From IMG/VR virus record IMGVR_UViG_3300026512_000005, positions 32,001 to 96,000 of that record: a DNA stretch of 64,000 nt, one strand, 5' to 3'. The notes beneath the pieces are model-generated. The model searched no databases and had not been told where the DNA came from. It saw only the letters and a list, made by a program, of their open reading frames with translations. A program made the translations under genes and the position numbers. Origin of the DNA: a virus. Positions 47,818-57,456 of this stretch are shown in pieces (within the stretch, counting starts at the first letter, position 1; every line of letters starts with the position of its first letter).

Positions 47818-49266
47818 CTATAGTCCTTTAAATTTATTACTGTAATAATATAAATCATTATCTTCAAGTAATTCTACTAAATCATTTACAGTGTTATTCT
47901 TAGTGATATCTATGTAACCGTATTTATTAAGATTACGCATATTACGCTTTAATAAAGAAAGAGTATCTTTAATCTCGTCTATCTGTTTTACCAACAATTG
48001 TTTATCTTCATCTGTACTCTCAATGGATCGTAAACTATGTATCAGTTCCAATTTGATTTTATCTAATCTTGTAAAGATATCATCATAGGTAAATTTTTTA
48101 TAATTATTATTTTTAAACAACATTAGGAAGGTAGATAAAACCGTATTGAAAGCAACGCCTAATAGTATTTGAATCATAGTATATACGAAGACACCTACAA
48201 ATATCAGTACACCCACTAATAATAGTAGCATCATTGTGAAAACAAATACTGTTACAGCTATCATAGTTGATAAGGTTCTAATAAACTCACTACCAACTGA
48301 TTCGTATTCATTACTCTCATTTATAGACACTATACCACTAGAAGCACGTTTAGCCAGTACCGCTGTTAACTCCGTAGCTAGACCAAATCTTATCGCAAAT
48401 ACGTCAGCACTACGTTGATAATCTATTTGTATAGACCCTTTCGTGTTATTAATTCTATACGTATTTAATATATATGAGTTTAAGTCTTCCAATACAGCTA
48501 CAGTTTCTGTAGCGTTTTTAGGCTGTATCGTTTTATCAACTTTACTCATACTTATAGATATCGATTCTATGGGCGACTTATTCTTAGTAAAACGTTCATT
48601 TATAAATGTATCTATTAATTTAAAAGAGGCGTTAGTAGTAGTTGTCATATATTCTAGATATGCAAATATCCTACCTACCTCGCTTATAATCAATGATGTT
48701 ACTTCTTCAGCAGATGCACGTAATATTAATGTACGTATGAAATCTATATTGATAATGAAATCACTATTAACCAAACCATTCACAGTAGCGTTTTTCAAAT
48801 CTATGTTAAAATTATCTTTACGTATAGCTTCTTTAACAGAATTTAAAGTGTTGTATAAACTATGTTCCATAGTACTTGCTTTACTCTCCCATAAAACCTG
48901 GTTATTTTGTTTGTTTGGAAACAGGTCATCTATGGAATTAAGTGCTATATTAGTTGTTTTATAATTTAATATTGGCATTATCAGTGAGCTTAATTTAAAA
49001 TCCTTCATTGTTAGGTTACGTATAGTGATATTAAATCCAAATCTATCCGTTAATATACTAGAAATCTCAGATAAATCTTTCTCTAGCATATTACGTGTAA
49101 TGACCTTTTTATATTTATCTAATCTCTGGTATGTAAGATGTTTATCGGAAACATCATCCTTAATATTAACACGCATTGTATCTTGTACGTTATTTATTAT
49201 TTTATTTATCTTATTAATAAATAATATGTTCGTTTGTTTATGTATACTCTCTATACCTATTTCCAT
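47818..49266 (-). CDS. Virion membrane-segment protein (phiKZ gp84-like), degenerate zincin fold
   Basis: 'AEEVTSLIISEVGR' (HExxH position), 'ADVFAIRFG' and a ~50-aa hydrophobic stretch; N-terminal GIE|S. Confidence 0.6.
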   Translation of the reverse strand: MEIGIESIHKQTNILFINKINKIINNVQDTMRVNIKDDVSDKHLTYQRLDKYKKVITRNMLEKDLSEISSILTDRFGFNITIRNLTMKDFKLSSLIMPILNYKTTNIALNSIDDLFPNKQNNQVLWESKASTMEHSLYNTLNSVKEAIRKDNFNIDLKNATVNGLVNSDFIINIDFIRTLILRASAEEVTSLIISEVGRIFAYLEYMTTTTNASFKLIDTFINERFTKNKSPIESISISMSKVDKTIQPKNATETVAVLEDLNSYILNTYRINNTKGSIQIDYQRSADVFAIRFGLATELTAVLAKRASSGIVSINESNEYESVGSEFIRTLSTMIAVTVFVFTMMLLLLVGVLIFVGVFVYTMIQILLGVAFNTVLSTFLMLFKNNNYKKFTYDDIFTRLDKIKLELIHSLRSIESTDEDKQLLVKQIDEIKDTLSLLKRNMRNLNKYGYIDITKNNTVNDLVELLEDNDLYYYSNKFKGL

Positions 49267-49342
49267 TATAACTCCTTATATTCAAAGTATCAATCTTTTT
49301 TGTAAAATGAATCTTATGACGTTAAATAAAAAAGGATTGTTA

Positions 49343-49714
49343 ATGGCGATGTTTTACATAGATGACTATATAAGTTACAATAGTTTCAGGAAGATAACCG
49401 GTGTTAGTTGGGAGATATCCGCTGATAAAGAGTTTACTAAACTAATCTCTTCTACATACAATAATAAGAATGCTATTAATGGATGGTATACTCCATTAAA
49501 ACGCTTGGATACTGACGGTTATTATGGTGAATTTGATACCTTATTTAGTCGTTGTAAAATACATACAGAAATATATGGTAAAGACAATACAAGCGAATGG
49601 TTTGTTAAAGAATTGAACACGGGTATAGTTAAGAGTGTATTAATAAAGCGAAAAGATAAAGTTATAGGTGAGATAGCTGAATATAAAGATGGGACATATA
49701 AAATACTATGGTAG
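49343..49714 (+). CDS. Small beta-sandwich protein related to the 13854-14747 repeat unit
   Basis: Start moved to ATG 49343 (AAGGA SD); 'TGVSWEISADKEFTKLI'. Confidence 0.55.
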   Translation: MAMFYIDDYISYNSFRKITGVSWEISADKEFTKLISSTYNNKNAINGWYTPLKRLDTDGYYGEFDTLFSRCKIHTEIYGKDNTSEWFVKELNTGIVKSVLIKRKDKVIGEIAEYKDGTYKILW

Positions 49715-49733
49715 TATAGCACGCGCTATACTA
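49712..49733. terminator. Bidirectional hairpin
   Basis: TAGTATAGC-acgc-GCTATACTA; its ends are the two stop codons. Confidence 0.6.
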
Positions 49734-51872
49734 TCCTAGGCCATCTCCAATTTCATCTATTAGTATACTATCTTTCTTTAGGTAATAACCTAACGACTCT
49801 AAGGTCATATGTAACGAACCAACATTATCCTTTATTACACGTTTATAATCTATATAATCAATCAGTTCCTCAGGTATACCTTTATTATAAACAAGTATCA
49901 AAGGTAAACGAAAAACAGTTATTTTATCTTTATTTATTTTAGATAGAAATGCACGAAACTTGCGTTGTATAGTATCGTCCTTAATATTATCTAGAAACTT
50001 CACCATGTCACCTTTACTATTAATAGTAGTGGGTACTTTAACGGCCATATACTGTGGGTCTGGTGCACGCCCGTACTTATCACTAAATACCTCTTCCCAT
50101 AACATATAATACATATACGGTGATTCTTTAGCTATTTTCTTATAAGCTTTGGCATCCTTTATTTTCTCCATCTTTAGAACATCTGGACTACCATTTCTTA
50201 TCTTTTCATTTATAAGTTTCTCAGCGTCGTGCACCTTCTCGATGTACTTATCCATAGATAATTGTTTGTTGCCAGTTACATCATTTATAATACCTATCAT
50301 TATCTGTTCACCCATTCCGCGGACAGGGGCATATGCATTTGGTGCTATTAGATTAACACCCTTCTTCTCTAATGACTTAAGTGGGTCCTTATGATTAAAT
50401 ACATTACCCTCTTGTATGCGTATATTAGCGAAATAATGTTTAGACACATTTGTGTTAACGAATACATCCCAAAAGAACTCATTTTTCATGGCTAAAGCTT
50501 GAGCTGCTTCATTCGTTATATTCATGTTACCTGCAAATGTTTTAATATAATGGTCAGTTACTTGCGTTACTATAGTCATTACGGATGCTGCTACTGAAAC
50601 AGCTTCATCATCTATATTACAACTACCTATAAACCATGTAGACCAGTTTTCATACGTAGCACATGTACTGTCTGTATCACTAAGAACTATTGCTTCCCTA
50701 ACCATATCTTTTACATACGCTATTGAAACTGGAAATATATCCGTTATTAGAAATGCCTTAATTAGCATATCATATTTCAAAAGTACCTCAGTTAGATTAA
50801 GAATAAACGATGACATATGTTGTAAAGCATCTAAACTATAATCTTCAGCTTTCTTACCTTTTATCTTAGAAGAATGAATATGGATAGCCAGATTTAAAAC
50901 CCAGCCGGGAGCACCATCTAACACCTGTCTACATTCCGACTTACTATGGTTATTTAATGGATGATTAACCATACTGTTAATCATATCTCTAACCAGTTTG
51001 TCATTAAACTTACGTATATGAAACAAATCGTTATGGTATAAGATAGCCACACGCTCGTAACCTTGTAACGATTCCAAGTATTGAAGTATGACTTGTTCTT
51101 TTTCTAGGTTTCTCCAGTATTTAACTGTGGATTTCATTAATGAAAACATTACTTCTTCTGCAGTTGGTACATGTAGATTATAAACAGTAATAGCTTCTTT
51201 TACTTTATCCATATCTAGCATGGCCGCAATCGTAGCTATATGATTAAATGTAATATCAGGAGTTCTATAATGGCGATTACCTGATATGATGGATTCAGCT
51301 ATTGTGTTACCTATAGATGTAACACTACGTGTAATGGAGGTTAATGTATAGTGTGCTGATGGATTATTCAGAACAGTACCCATACTTGCGTATGCTCCAG
51401 ATAGACTATTATTAAAAATCTTTTTTACTTTTTGAATTACATTATGGTAAGACGCTTTAACGTAATTTTCTTCCATTTTATATTTAAGGGCTAATTCTTT
51501 ATGCATAGCACGTTCTTTAACATTTACATCAATAAATTCTGCATGTAAACTCGCCTTCTTCTTTTTACTAAAGTATACTGTAAATGATGGTACGATAATG
51601 TCGCCAGAAGTTTTTGTATAGTTTACGTAGTTATTGAGGTTATCTATTCTGATTTTACGTACACCATTTAAGTCACGTTCATGAAACTTTACTTTTGGAT
51701 TCTTAAATTGTTTTGTTTCTTTAATATATTTCTTTAATTTCATTATTGGGTTTTCTATATTGTTAACCGTCTGTAGGACCCTACTAGCAATTGTTATATA
51801 ATCCGATATTGGATTCTTTTTATCTGTATATTGCTCTTTTGGTATTTTAAAAATTTGTTCTACACTACTCAT
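49731..51872 (-). CDS. Family B DNA polymerase catalytic subunit (phiKZ gp50-like)
   Basis: Motif B 'QKVKKIFNNSLSGAY', motif C 'SDTDS', 'KHYF' and 'KGV'; no exonuclease domain (split polymerase). Confidence 0.9.
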   Translation of the reverse strand: MSSVEQIFKIPKEQYTDKKNPISDYITIASRVLQTVNNIENPIMKLKKYIKETKQFKNPKVKFHERDLNGVRKIRIDNLNNYVNYTKTSGDIIVPSFTVYFSKKKKASLHAEFIDVNVKERAMHKELALKYKMEENYVKASYHNVIQKVKKIFNNSLSGAYASMGTVLNNPSAHYTLTSITRSVTSIGNTIAESIISGNRHYRTPDITFNHIATIAAMLDMDKVKEAITVYNLHVPTAEEVMFSLMKSTVKYWRNLEKEQVILQYLESLQGYERVAILYHNDLFHIRKFNDKLVRDMINSMVNHPLNNHSKSECRQVLDGAPGWVLNLAIHIHSSKIKGKKAEDYSLDALQHMSSFILNLTEVLLKYDMLIKAFLITDIFPVSIAYVKDMVREAIVLSDTDSTCATYENWSTWFIGSCNIDDEAVSVAASVMTIVTQVTDHYIKTFAGNMNITNEAAQALAMKNEFFWDVFVNTNVSKHYFANIRIQEGNVFNHKDPLKSLEKKGVNLIAPNAYAPVRGMGEQIMIGIINDVTGNKQLSMDKYIEKVHDAEKLINEKIRNGSPDVLKMEKIKDAKAYKKIAKESPYMYYMLWEEVFSDKYGRAPDPQYMAVKVPTTINSKGDMVKFLDNIKDDTIQRKFRAFLSKINKDKITVFRLPLILVYNKGIPEELIDYIDYKRVIKDNVGSLHMTLESLGYYLKKDSILIDEIGDGLG

Positions 51873-51950
51873 TATTAGTCCTTCATTAACTTATATTCAA
51901 TACTAAGGTTAGTTCTTAAAAAAGAATATGGATATAAGACTTTTAAAGTC

Positions 51951-52916
51951 TTATATCTCGATTATTTCATCTTTGTATGTTCGCATTAGAATCTCTCCCA
52001 TTTCTTTTGTTTTCAGAATACGTTTATTACTATCCAGTATTTTTCTAAACATTGACTTACTATTTATACCCTCTGTTTCCACCATTACTATAACTGAAAT
52101 AAGTGTTGGTAAATCTTCTATCATAGCTACTGATAAATATTTACTATCGGAACTGTAGAAACCTCGTGATAAAGCTTGTAACAAGATATCTACGGTTAGA
52201 CCGTCAGCACGACCATTTGTTATGACCGCTTTTATATTATTCACTAGACTACCTATAGTTGCACTAGGAAAGATTAAATCACCAGACTCTACCTTATATC
52301 TAAGTACACTATATAGTTCTTTTAAGTCACCTCTGGTAAGAGATTGTATATCATCTCTACTTAACATGTGTAATAGAGCATCAAATGTAAACTCATCGTT
52401 ATCCATATACATAGAATAGTAATGTAATTTAGTCATCATCTCTATAACTGGTATTATATTTTTATCGTATAGTATCATTGATACTGTAGAACTGATTATT
52501 TTGGATATCGCCCTAATTAGACTACTACGTGTGTGCGTTAACCAACTATCCTCTTCATCAAGAAGTAACTTAGTAAAGATAACTCTATATAATTGTAATG
52601 TACCATTATATTTATCCTGCATCCGTTCACGTAAAGTAATCATATCGTCTAATTTATTTACCATAAATGGACGCATGTCCATAGCAATAACATTTTCTTT
52701 ACGTGTATTAGTAAATATTATAGGATGTGACCACATTGGTAAGTTTTTCTCTTCGTCATTTCTACCCGTTATTAACACTACTCGTGTGTCGTTTTCAACA
52801 ATCTCGTAGTTTAGTGGTTCGTCGTTACGTAAGATATATTCATTTATAAGATAAGTTAACTTATCTCTATCAAACATCGTACCTAATGTACCACTGTAAA
52901 CATCATCTATCATCAT
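51951..52916 (-). CDS. Conserved phiKZ-like protein (gp49-like by position)
   Basis: 321 aa; 'P.WSHPI', 'D.RPF' and 'A.IEDLPT' motifs. Confidence 0.55.
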   Translation of the reverse strand: MMIDDVYSGTLGTMFDRDKLTYLINEYILRNDEPLNYEIVENDTRVVLITGRNDEEKNLPMWSHPIIFTNTRKENVIAMDMRPFMVNKLDDMITLRERMQDKYNGTLQLYRVIFTKLLLDEEDSWLTHTRSSLIRAISKIISSTVSMILYDKNIIPVIEMMTKLHYYSMYMDNDEFTFDALLHMLSRDDIQSLTRGDLKELYSVLRYKVESGDLIFPSATIGSLVNNIKAVITNGRADGLTVDILLQALSRGFYSSDSKYLSVAMIEDLPTLISVIVMVETEGINSKSMFRKILDSNKRILKTKEMGEILMRTYKDEIIEI

Positions 52917-52982
52917 TTATATGTCCTTTGTATCTTTTATTAAAATCAAATTAATTCTATGATTTTATATAAGGATACATAA

Positions 52983-53309
52983 ATGAGTAAAAAGAAAAAG
53001 ACAAGTGGTTTTACTAATAACTTCTACGCCATAAACAAATGGGTAGTTGACTGTGATGATTTGAGTGAACAATTGGGGTTAAATGGTTTTCTATTTAACG
53101 TGTTAAAGTCATTATTTGGTATGTCACAGTCTAGACACAGTGGCACTAGCGTTATAAGAGACAGTGAAAAAATAGTACATTACAGTATAAGGAATTTAAT
53201 GTTAATAAAACGTAGAGATAATATTAAGTTTACTATTGGTGATTTATTAGTAGAATTAATACAAAGGTTACCTGAGAAAGAGCAACAAAAAATAAAAGAC
53301 AAGCTATAA
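52983..53309 (+). CDS. DUF3310-like small protein
   Basis: 'F.FNVLKSL...RH.GT...RD.EKIVHY' resembles the DUF3310 N-x-x-K...D-x-x-K-x-x-x-Y pattern. Confidence 0.5.
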   Translation: MSKKKKTSGFTNNFYAINKWVVDCDDLSEQLGLNGFLFNVLKSLFGMSQSRHSGTSVIRDSEKIVHYSIRNLMLIKRRDNIKFTIGDLLVELIQRLPEKEQQKIKDKL

Positions 53310-53339
53310 TATATACTAGGATTGTAATCCTAGTATATA
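53310..53339. terminator. Bidirectional hairpin
   Basis: TATATACTAGGATT-gt-AATCCTAGTATATA. Confidence 0.7.
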
Positions 53340-53767
53340 AAAGAGTTCTTGAGTTTATTAGTCTTGGCATAATCGGTAATTATTTTACTACTTGTTTCGC
53401 TATCGTAGAAACCACTGGGTAGAACATTCATATGTACCGTATCAAAATTTACACGTTTATTATACTTGTCATAAGCATCAATCAACACTATAAGTAACAA
53501 CATAATTTTACCAGGGTTATTTAGTTCATACATGTAAGCTAAAACAACTGCTAAGTTAATGGACACTTTATCTTCTAGTTTAAAGGCTTTAATACGCTTG
53601 ACCATAAAACTACCTATTGCATCATTCTTGAGTTCATTAACTAATTCCACTAACTCGTCTGGAAGATGCTCCAAATCTTTATCATGAAACATCAGCATCA
53701 GTAACATTCCGTTCTTACTTAGAACGTTGTATTTAATCGGTATATCTTTAATATCGCTAATATGCAT
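53330..53767 (-). CDS. Hypothetical protein
   Basis: 145-aa ORF. Confidence 0.5.
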   Translation of the reverse strand: MHISDIKDIPIKYNVLSKNGMLLMLMFHDKDLEHLPDELVELVNELKNDAIGSFMVKRIKAFKLEDKVSINLAVVLAYMYELNNPGKIMLLLIVLIDAYDKYNKRVNFDTVHMNVLPSGFYDSETSSKIITDYAKTNKLKNSFIY

Positions 53768-53768
53768 C

Positions 53769-54254
53769 CTATAATCCTAATATTTTATTTTGTAGAAATT
53801 TAACTTTAACACGTATGGAATTAGCATAAACTTTACTACCATTATAAGCTGTCCATACTTTATTGTAATCCCCATTATAGGCTTTTACTAATGTTTGTAA
53901 TTTATTAATGACATATGTTTCTGCCACATCAGGTTGTGTCATTAAAATTGTGGCATATCTAGAACGATTCCACATGGTATCCTTGACTTTTATCTCTTTT
54001 AAATACCAATAGATATTTATGTGGTATAGTCCGTAATCAGACGACATTTCGCCAACGGTAAGTTGCCATCTACCACCTAGTGATTCGTGCCAGCATATTG
54101 CCGCTAAACTGAAACCAAGGTTATATTGTAAGCCTTTGTAATATGAACTCATGATTACTTCTCGTTCTTTATGAGAAAGTGATAACCAATCTTTCTCAAT
54201 ACTCTGTGCATGTAACGTTATAACTATTAATATAGTCATGATTAATGTTTTCAT
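53769..54254 (-). CDS. Secreted lytic transglycosylase (SLT domain)
   Basis: Signal peptide; 'AAICWHES', 'DYGLYHIN' and 'AYNG' SLT motifs. Confidence 0.8.
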   Translation of the reverse strand: MKTLIMTILIVITLHAQSIEKDWLSLSHKEREVIMSSYYKGLQYNLGFSLAAICWHESLGGRWQLTVGEMSSDYGLYHINIYWYLKEIKVKDTMWNRSRYATILMTQPDVAETYVINKLQTLVKAYNGDYNKVWTAYNGSKVYANSIRVKVKFLQNKILGL

Positions 54255-54326
54255 TTGTTTCCTGTTATTTATTTTAAAAAAGAATACGAATATATCATAG
54301 ATGCAAAAACACCTATGATATAAGTT

Positions 54327-56162
54327 CTAATATCTAAAAGATCTATATTGTGGCATATTTCTAGCACTACCTGTTGTATGTGTTGTACCAAAGTTATGAG
54401 CTGTAACTCTACCAGCACTATATGCATTTGAGATTGCCTGTAGATTAGTATGGTTATTATTAGACATGTTTGGTGCCTCAATACGTGGTGTATAGTTAGA
54501 TCTAGATGCACCTCTTATAAGCGTATCCATAAACGCACCGTTAAGCACTATACGTCGTGCTTTACCAGTAACTACTGGTTTTACTTTAAGTATACGAGCT
54601 AGTTTATCAATTACTTCCAGTCTTAGAGTATAAGGTAAGATACCACGAGTATCTAGACATTGACTATCTGATAAATTAGAGCGTGCCCAATCGTAGATCA
54701 ACTGTTGGTCATTTGTTTTATCCGCTATAAAGGTTGTAGTGATTTCACGGAAATCGTGACGTTCACCATCAGCGTATTCAAAATATCCAATTGGTATTGT
54801 AAGACCTTCATCAGCTGCTACTTCCATCTCATCAATAGCAAAACCTAATAAATCTTCGGTAGCGGTTAGAATCTCATCATTAGCCATTGCACCATAATTA
54901 GGATGTCCCAACGTTGTGAATGCAGATGTATATGCAAAGTCTGGACCATAGAATTCAATCTCTACTGCAAATAGAGGCATGTCAGTAAAATGTTCCTGAA
55001 TGATATCCGCAACCATATCTGGTTTAGCTTTAGGATCTTTAAAATCTATGCGTTCACCCAGTTGTTTAGGGTCACCACCATAATTAAATAAGAAATTTAG
55101 CACTCCACCATTTTTCTCTATAATAAGATTTCTAAGGTTGGCGTATGATGTAAATACCGCACTATTGATGATACTCGTTAATACGTGGTTAAGTGTAGGT
55201 ACTTTACCAACAAACTCATTTAGAATGATCATAGGCTCTGCTATTTTCGTAGAGACACCACTATACGCATGCGTTTTACTTCTAATAAGATAATCCATAT
55301 AACCTGTTGCTAGTGCAATACGCTTGCGTCCTTCAACATCATTAATACCACGCATAACGGTATTTTTAACTATAGATGACTCGATAAAGAAATCAGTATG
55401 TACCGGTCTACCCAGTTTATTAACTGTAATACCATCGTTAAATGATAGGTCTACATTTAGGTAAGAGTTTCTACTATCTTTAGTTAAAATATTTAAAGTA
55501 ATATCTCTACCTTTACCTGTATCTTTCATGTAAGCAACATAAAATAAATCGTGTGCTTGTTTAGTCACGATATCAGCCGCTACTAAAACTGGAGTATTAT
55601 TAGGTACAACCATACCCTCTAAACTTGCTGTCGGTACATCACCAAAAGCTTTTGATAAAAGGTATTTAACTTTCTCGATTACGGTTCTATCAAATCCGTC
55701 TGCTGTAACATACAATGCAGTACCGTCTTTCTGGTCCATATCTTCTAGGACTTGCTCTACGGTAAGTGGTTCACGTCCAGTTATCTCCAGTAAAGCGGCG
55801 AAGTAATAGATTTTACCGTTGTCAGCTTGTAGTGCATAAACTATATACGAGTGTCCAATCATGAACTTGTCTTTATCCATTTTAAAAACTTTGATATTAA
55901 GTTTAGAAGATTTCACAACTTCCACAGCACGTGTATAAAATTCTTCTAGGTATTCGTTATCACCGGTTGTACCTGATAGTAAAACATCAGTGTCGGTTAA
56001 ACCAAATATTTCTAATTCAGCTGGTGCATCATCAGGTGTAGGTGATACCCCACTAACCTCTTCGTTTGATAATGGTGTACTCGTTTGTGTTTGTCTTCTC
56101 GACGCTCTTGGTGTATTTAGAGTTTCACTTTCATGAATCTCGAATCCTGTGTCTACTGCCAT
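54327..56162 (-). CDS. chmA: Chimallin, the phage nuclear shell protein (phiKZ gp54-like)
   Basis: 611 aa with disordered N- and C-terminal segments; 'LLE.TG', 'G.P...DF', 'GYMD' and 'P.II' motifs; early promoter; genome context. Confidence 0.8.
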   Translation of the reverse strand: MAVDTGFEIHESETLNTPRASRRQTQTSTPLSNEEVSGVSPTPDDAPAELEIFGLTDTDVLLSGTTGDNEYLEEFYTRAVEVVKSSKLNIKVFKMDKDKFMIGHSYIVYALQADNGKIYYFAALLEITGREPLTVEQVLEDMDQKDGTALYVTADGFDRTVIEKVKYLLSKAFGDVPTASLEGMVVPNNTPVLVAADIVTKQAHDLFYVAYMKDTGKGRDITLNILTKDSRNSYLNVDLSFNDGITVNKLGRPVHTDFFIESSIVKNTVMRGINDVEGRKRIALATGYMDYLIRSKTHAYSGVSTKIAEPMIILNEFVGKVPTLNHVLTSIINSAVFTSYANLRNLIIEKNGGVLNFLFNYGGDPKQLGERIDFKDPKAKPDMVADIIQEHFTDMPLFAVEIEFYGPDFAYTSAFTTLGHPNYGAMANDEILTATEDLLGFAIDEMEVAADEGLTIPIGYFEYADGERHDFREITTTFIADKTNDQQLIYDWARSNLSDSQCLDTRGILPYTLRLEVIDKLARILKVKPVVTGKARRIVLNGAFMDTLIRGASRSNYTPRIEAPNMSNNNHTNLQAISNAYSAGRVTAHNFGTTHTTGSARNMPQYRSFRY

Positions 56163-56205
56163 GTTCTTTCCTTTTTTAGTTAAATTGCAATTTGAACTCT
56201 AAGGC

Positions 56206-56240
56206 TCATATAAGTAATATACCTATATAAAACTTTAGAA
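56206..56240 (-). promoter_or_regulatory. Early promoter of chmA
   Basis: Minus strand TTCTAAAG...GGTATATTACTTATATGAG. Confidence 0.7.
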
Positions 56241-56388
56241 TTAAAAAGATTCGTACTTTCTTACTGTATCAGTAATCCAATTAAAGATTACTTTTATACT
56301 TATTCATATTATAGTTAAACATATAAAAAAAAATATAGAAAACTAATTAGGTTAGTTTTCTTTGAAAAAAATAGAATAGGGATATAAA

Positions 56389-57456
56389 ATGTTAAATAAA
56401 CTATGGGATAGAAATGATGTTAATTATAAACATCTTACATATGGTAAAGTCAATAGTCTTAAACATTACTTTAATAGTTATATAGACGGTAGTAATACAT
56501 ACTATGGTAGTCTTAATAACGCGGTAATGCGACCTAATCCAATTATTAAATTATTAGATTTATTAGAAGTGAATATACACGAAACGATAACTGAACTTTA
56601 CTACAGACTGGACGCAACTGCTATCTATATAGCCAATGACGTAAACCTTGTTACTACGGTTAACAAAAATACGGAACCGTTGACAGGAACCATTATAAAA
56701 GATATGGATGAGTACTTCCTGTATACGACCGACAAATTTGATATTAATAATAAGAGTTTAACTACTACGCCTATTAAGTGTTTATATACCACACTGGATA
56801 GAATTTTTATAACACACCCTACCATGTTTACTGAAGCGATTGAAGATATCGACTTTACTATATACGAAATAGATGTTGTTAAATTGGGTATAGGATATTA
56901 TCACTGGATGAAGGAACAACATTTTTTGAATAATAATACAGATGCAGGTAGGTTCTTATTTGAGGTTGTATTTAACAATCTAACGAGTAGTCTAGTAGAT
57001 ATGAACCTTGCTAATAGATTTATACGTATGTTTAACGGCGAAACACCCAGTAAGTTTAAGAACTTTAATGTTTTTATACTAAAGGATTTTACAAGAGACC
57101 TGGAAAAATGTTACGATTTTTACATTAAGAATTTGAAAATAGATAGGTTAGATTATTCCGAATATTTATCCAACATACCCCTTATGGTTAAGGATAACCT
57201 TTTAGACATACTAGATATACCGAGTACGACATTAAATCGACGTAATAAATGGTTAGTATGGTTGAGTAGATTTGATTTTATTATCTTTATAATAAAGGAA
57301 TTAGACAGTACCACTAATAGACATAGATTAAATGATTTAAGAATAAACTTAGAATTTGATAAACGTAATGGTATCTTTAAAGTTAAGAACTCAGGATTAC
57401 AATTTCTAATAGATGACAAAGTACAAGAAATAGAGAACATATTAAAGGATTTATAA
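56389..57456 (+). CDS. Conserved phiKZ-like protein (gp52-like), divergent from chmA
   Basis: 355 aa; position relative to chmA. Confidence 0.55.
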   Translation: MLNKLWDRNDVNYKHLTYGKVNSLKHYFNSYIDGSNTYYGSLNNAVMRPNPIIKLLDLLEVNIHETITELYYRLDATAIYIANDVNLVTTVNKNTEPLTGTIIKDMDEYFLYTTDKFDINNKSLTTTPIKCLYTTLDRIFITHPTMFTEAIEDIDFTIYEIDVVKLGIGYYHWMKEQHFLNNNTDAGRFLFEVVFNNLTSSLVDMNLANRFIRMFNGETPSKFKNFNVFILKDFTRDLEKCYDFYIKNLKIDRLDYSEYLSNIPLMVKDNLLDILDIPSTTLNRRNKWLVWLSRFDFIIFIIKELDSTTNRHRLNDLRINLEFDKRNGIFKVKNSGLQFLIDDKVQEIENILKDL

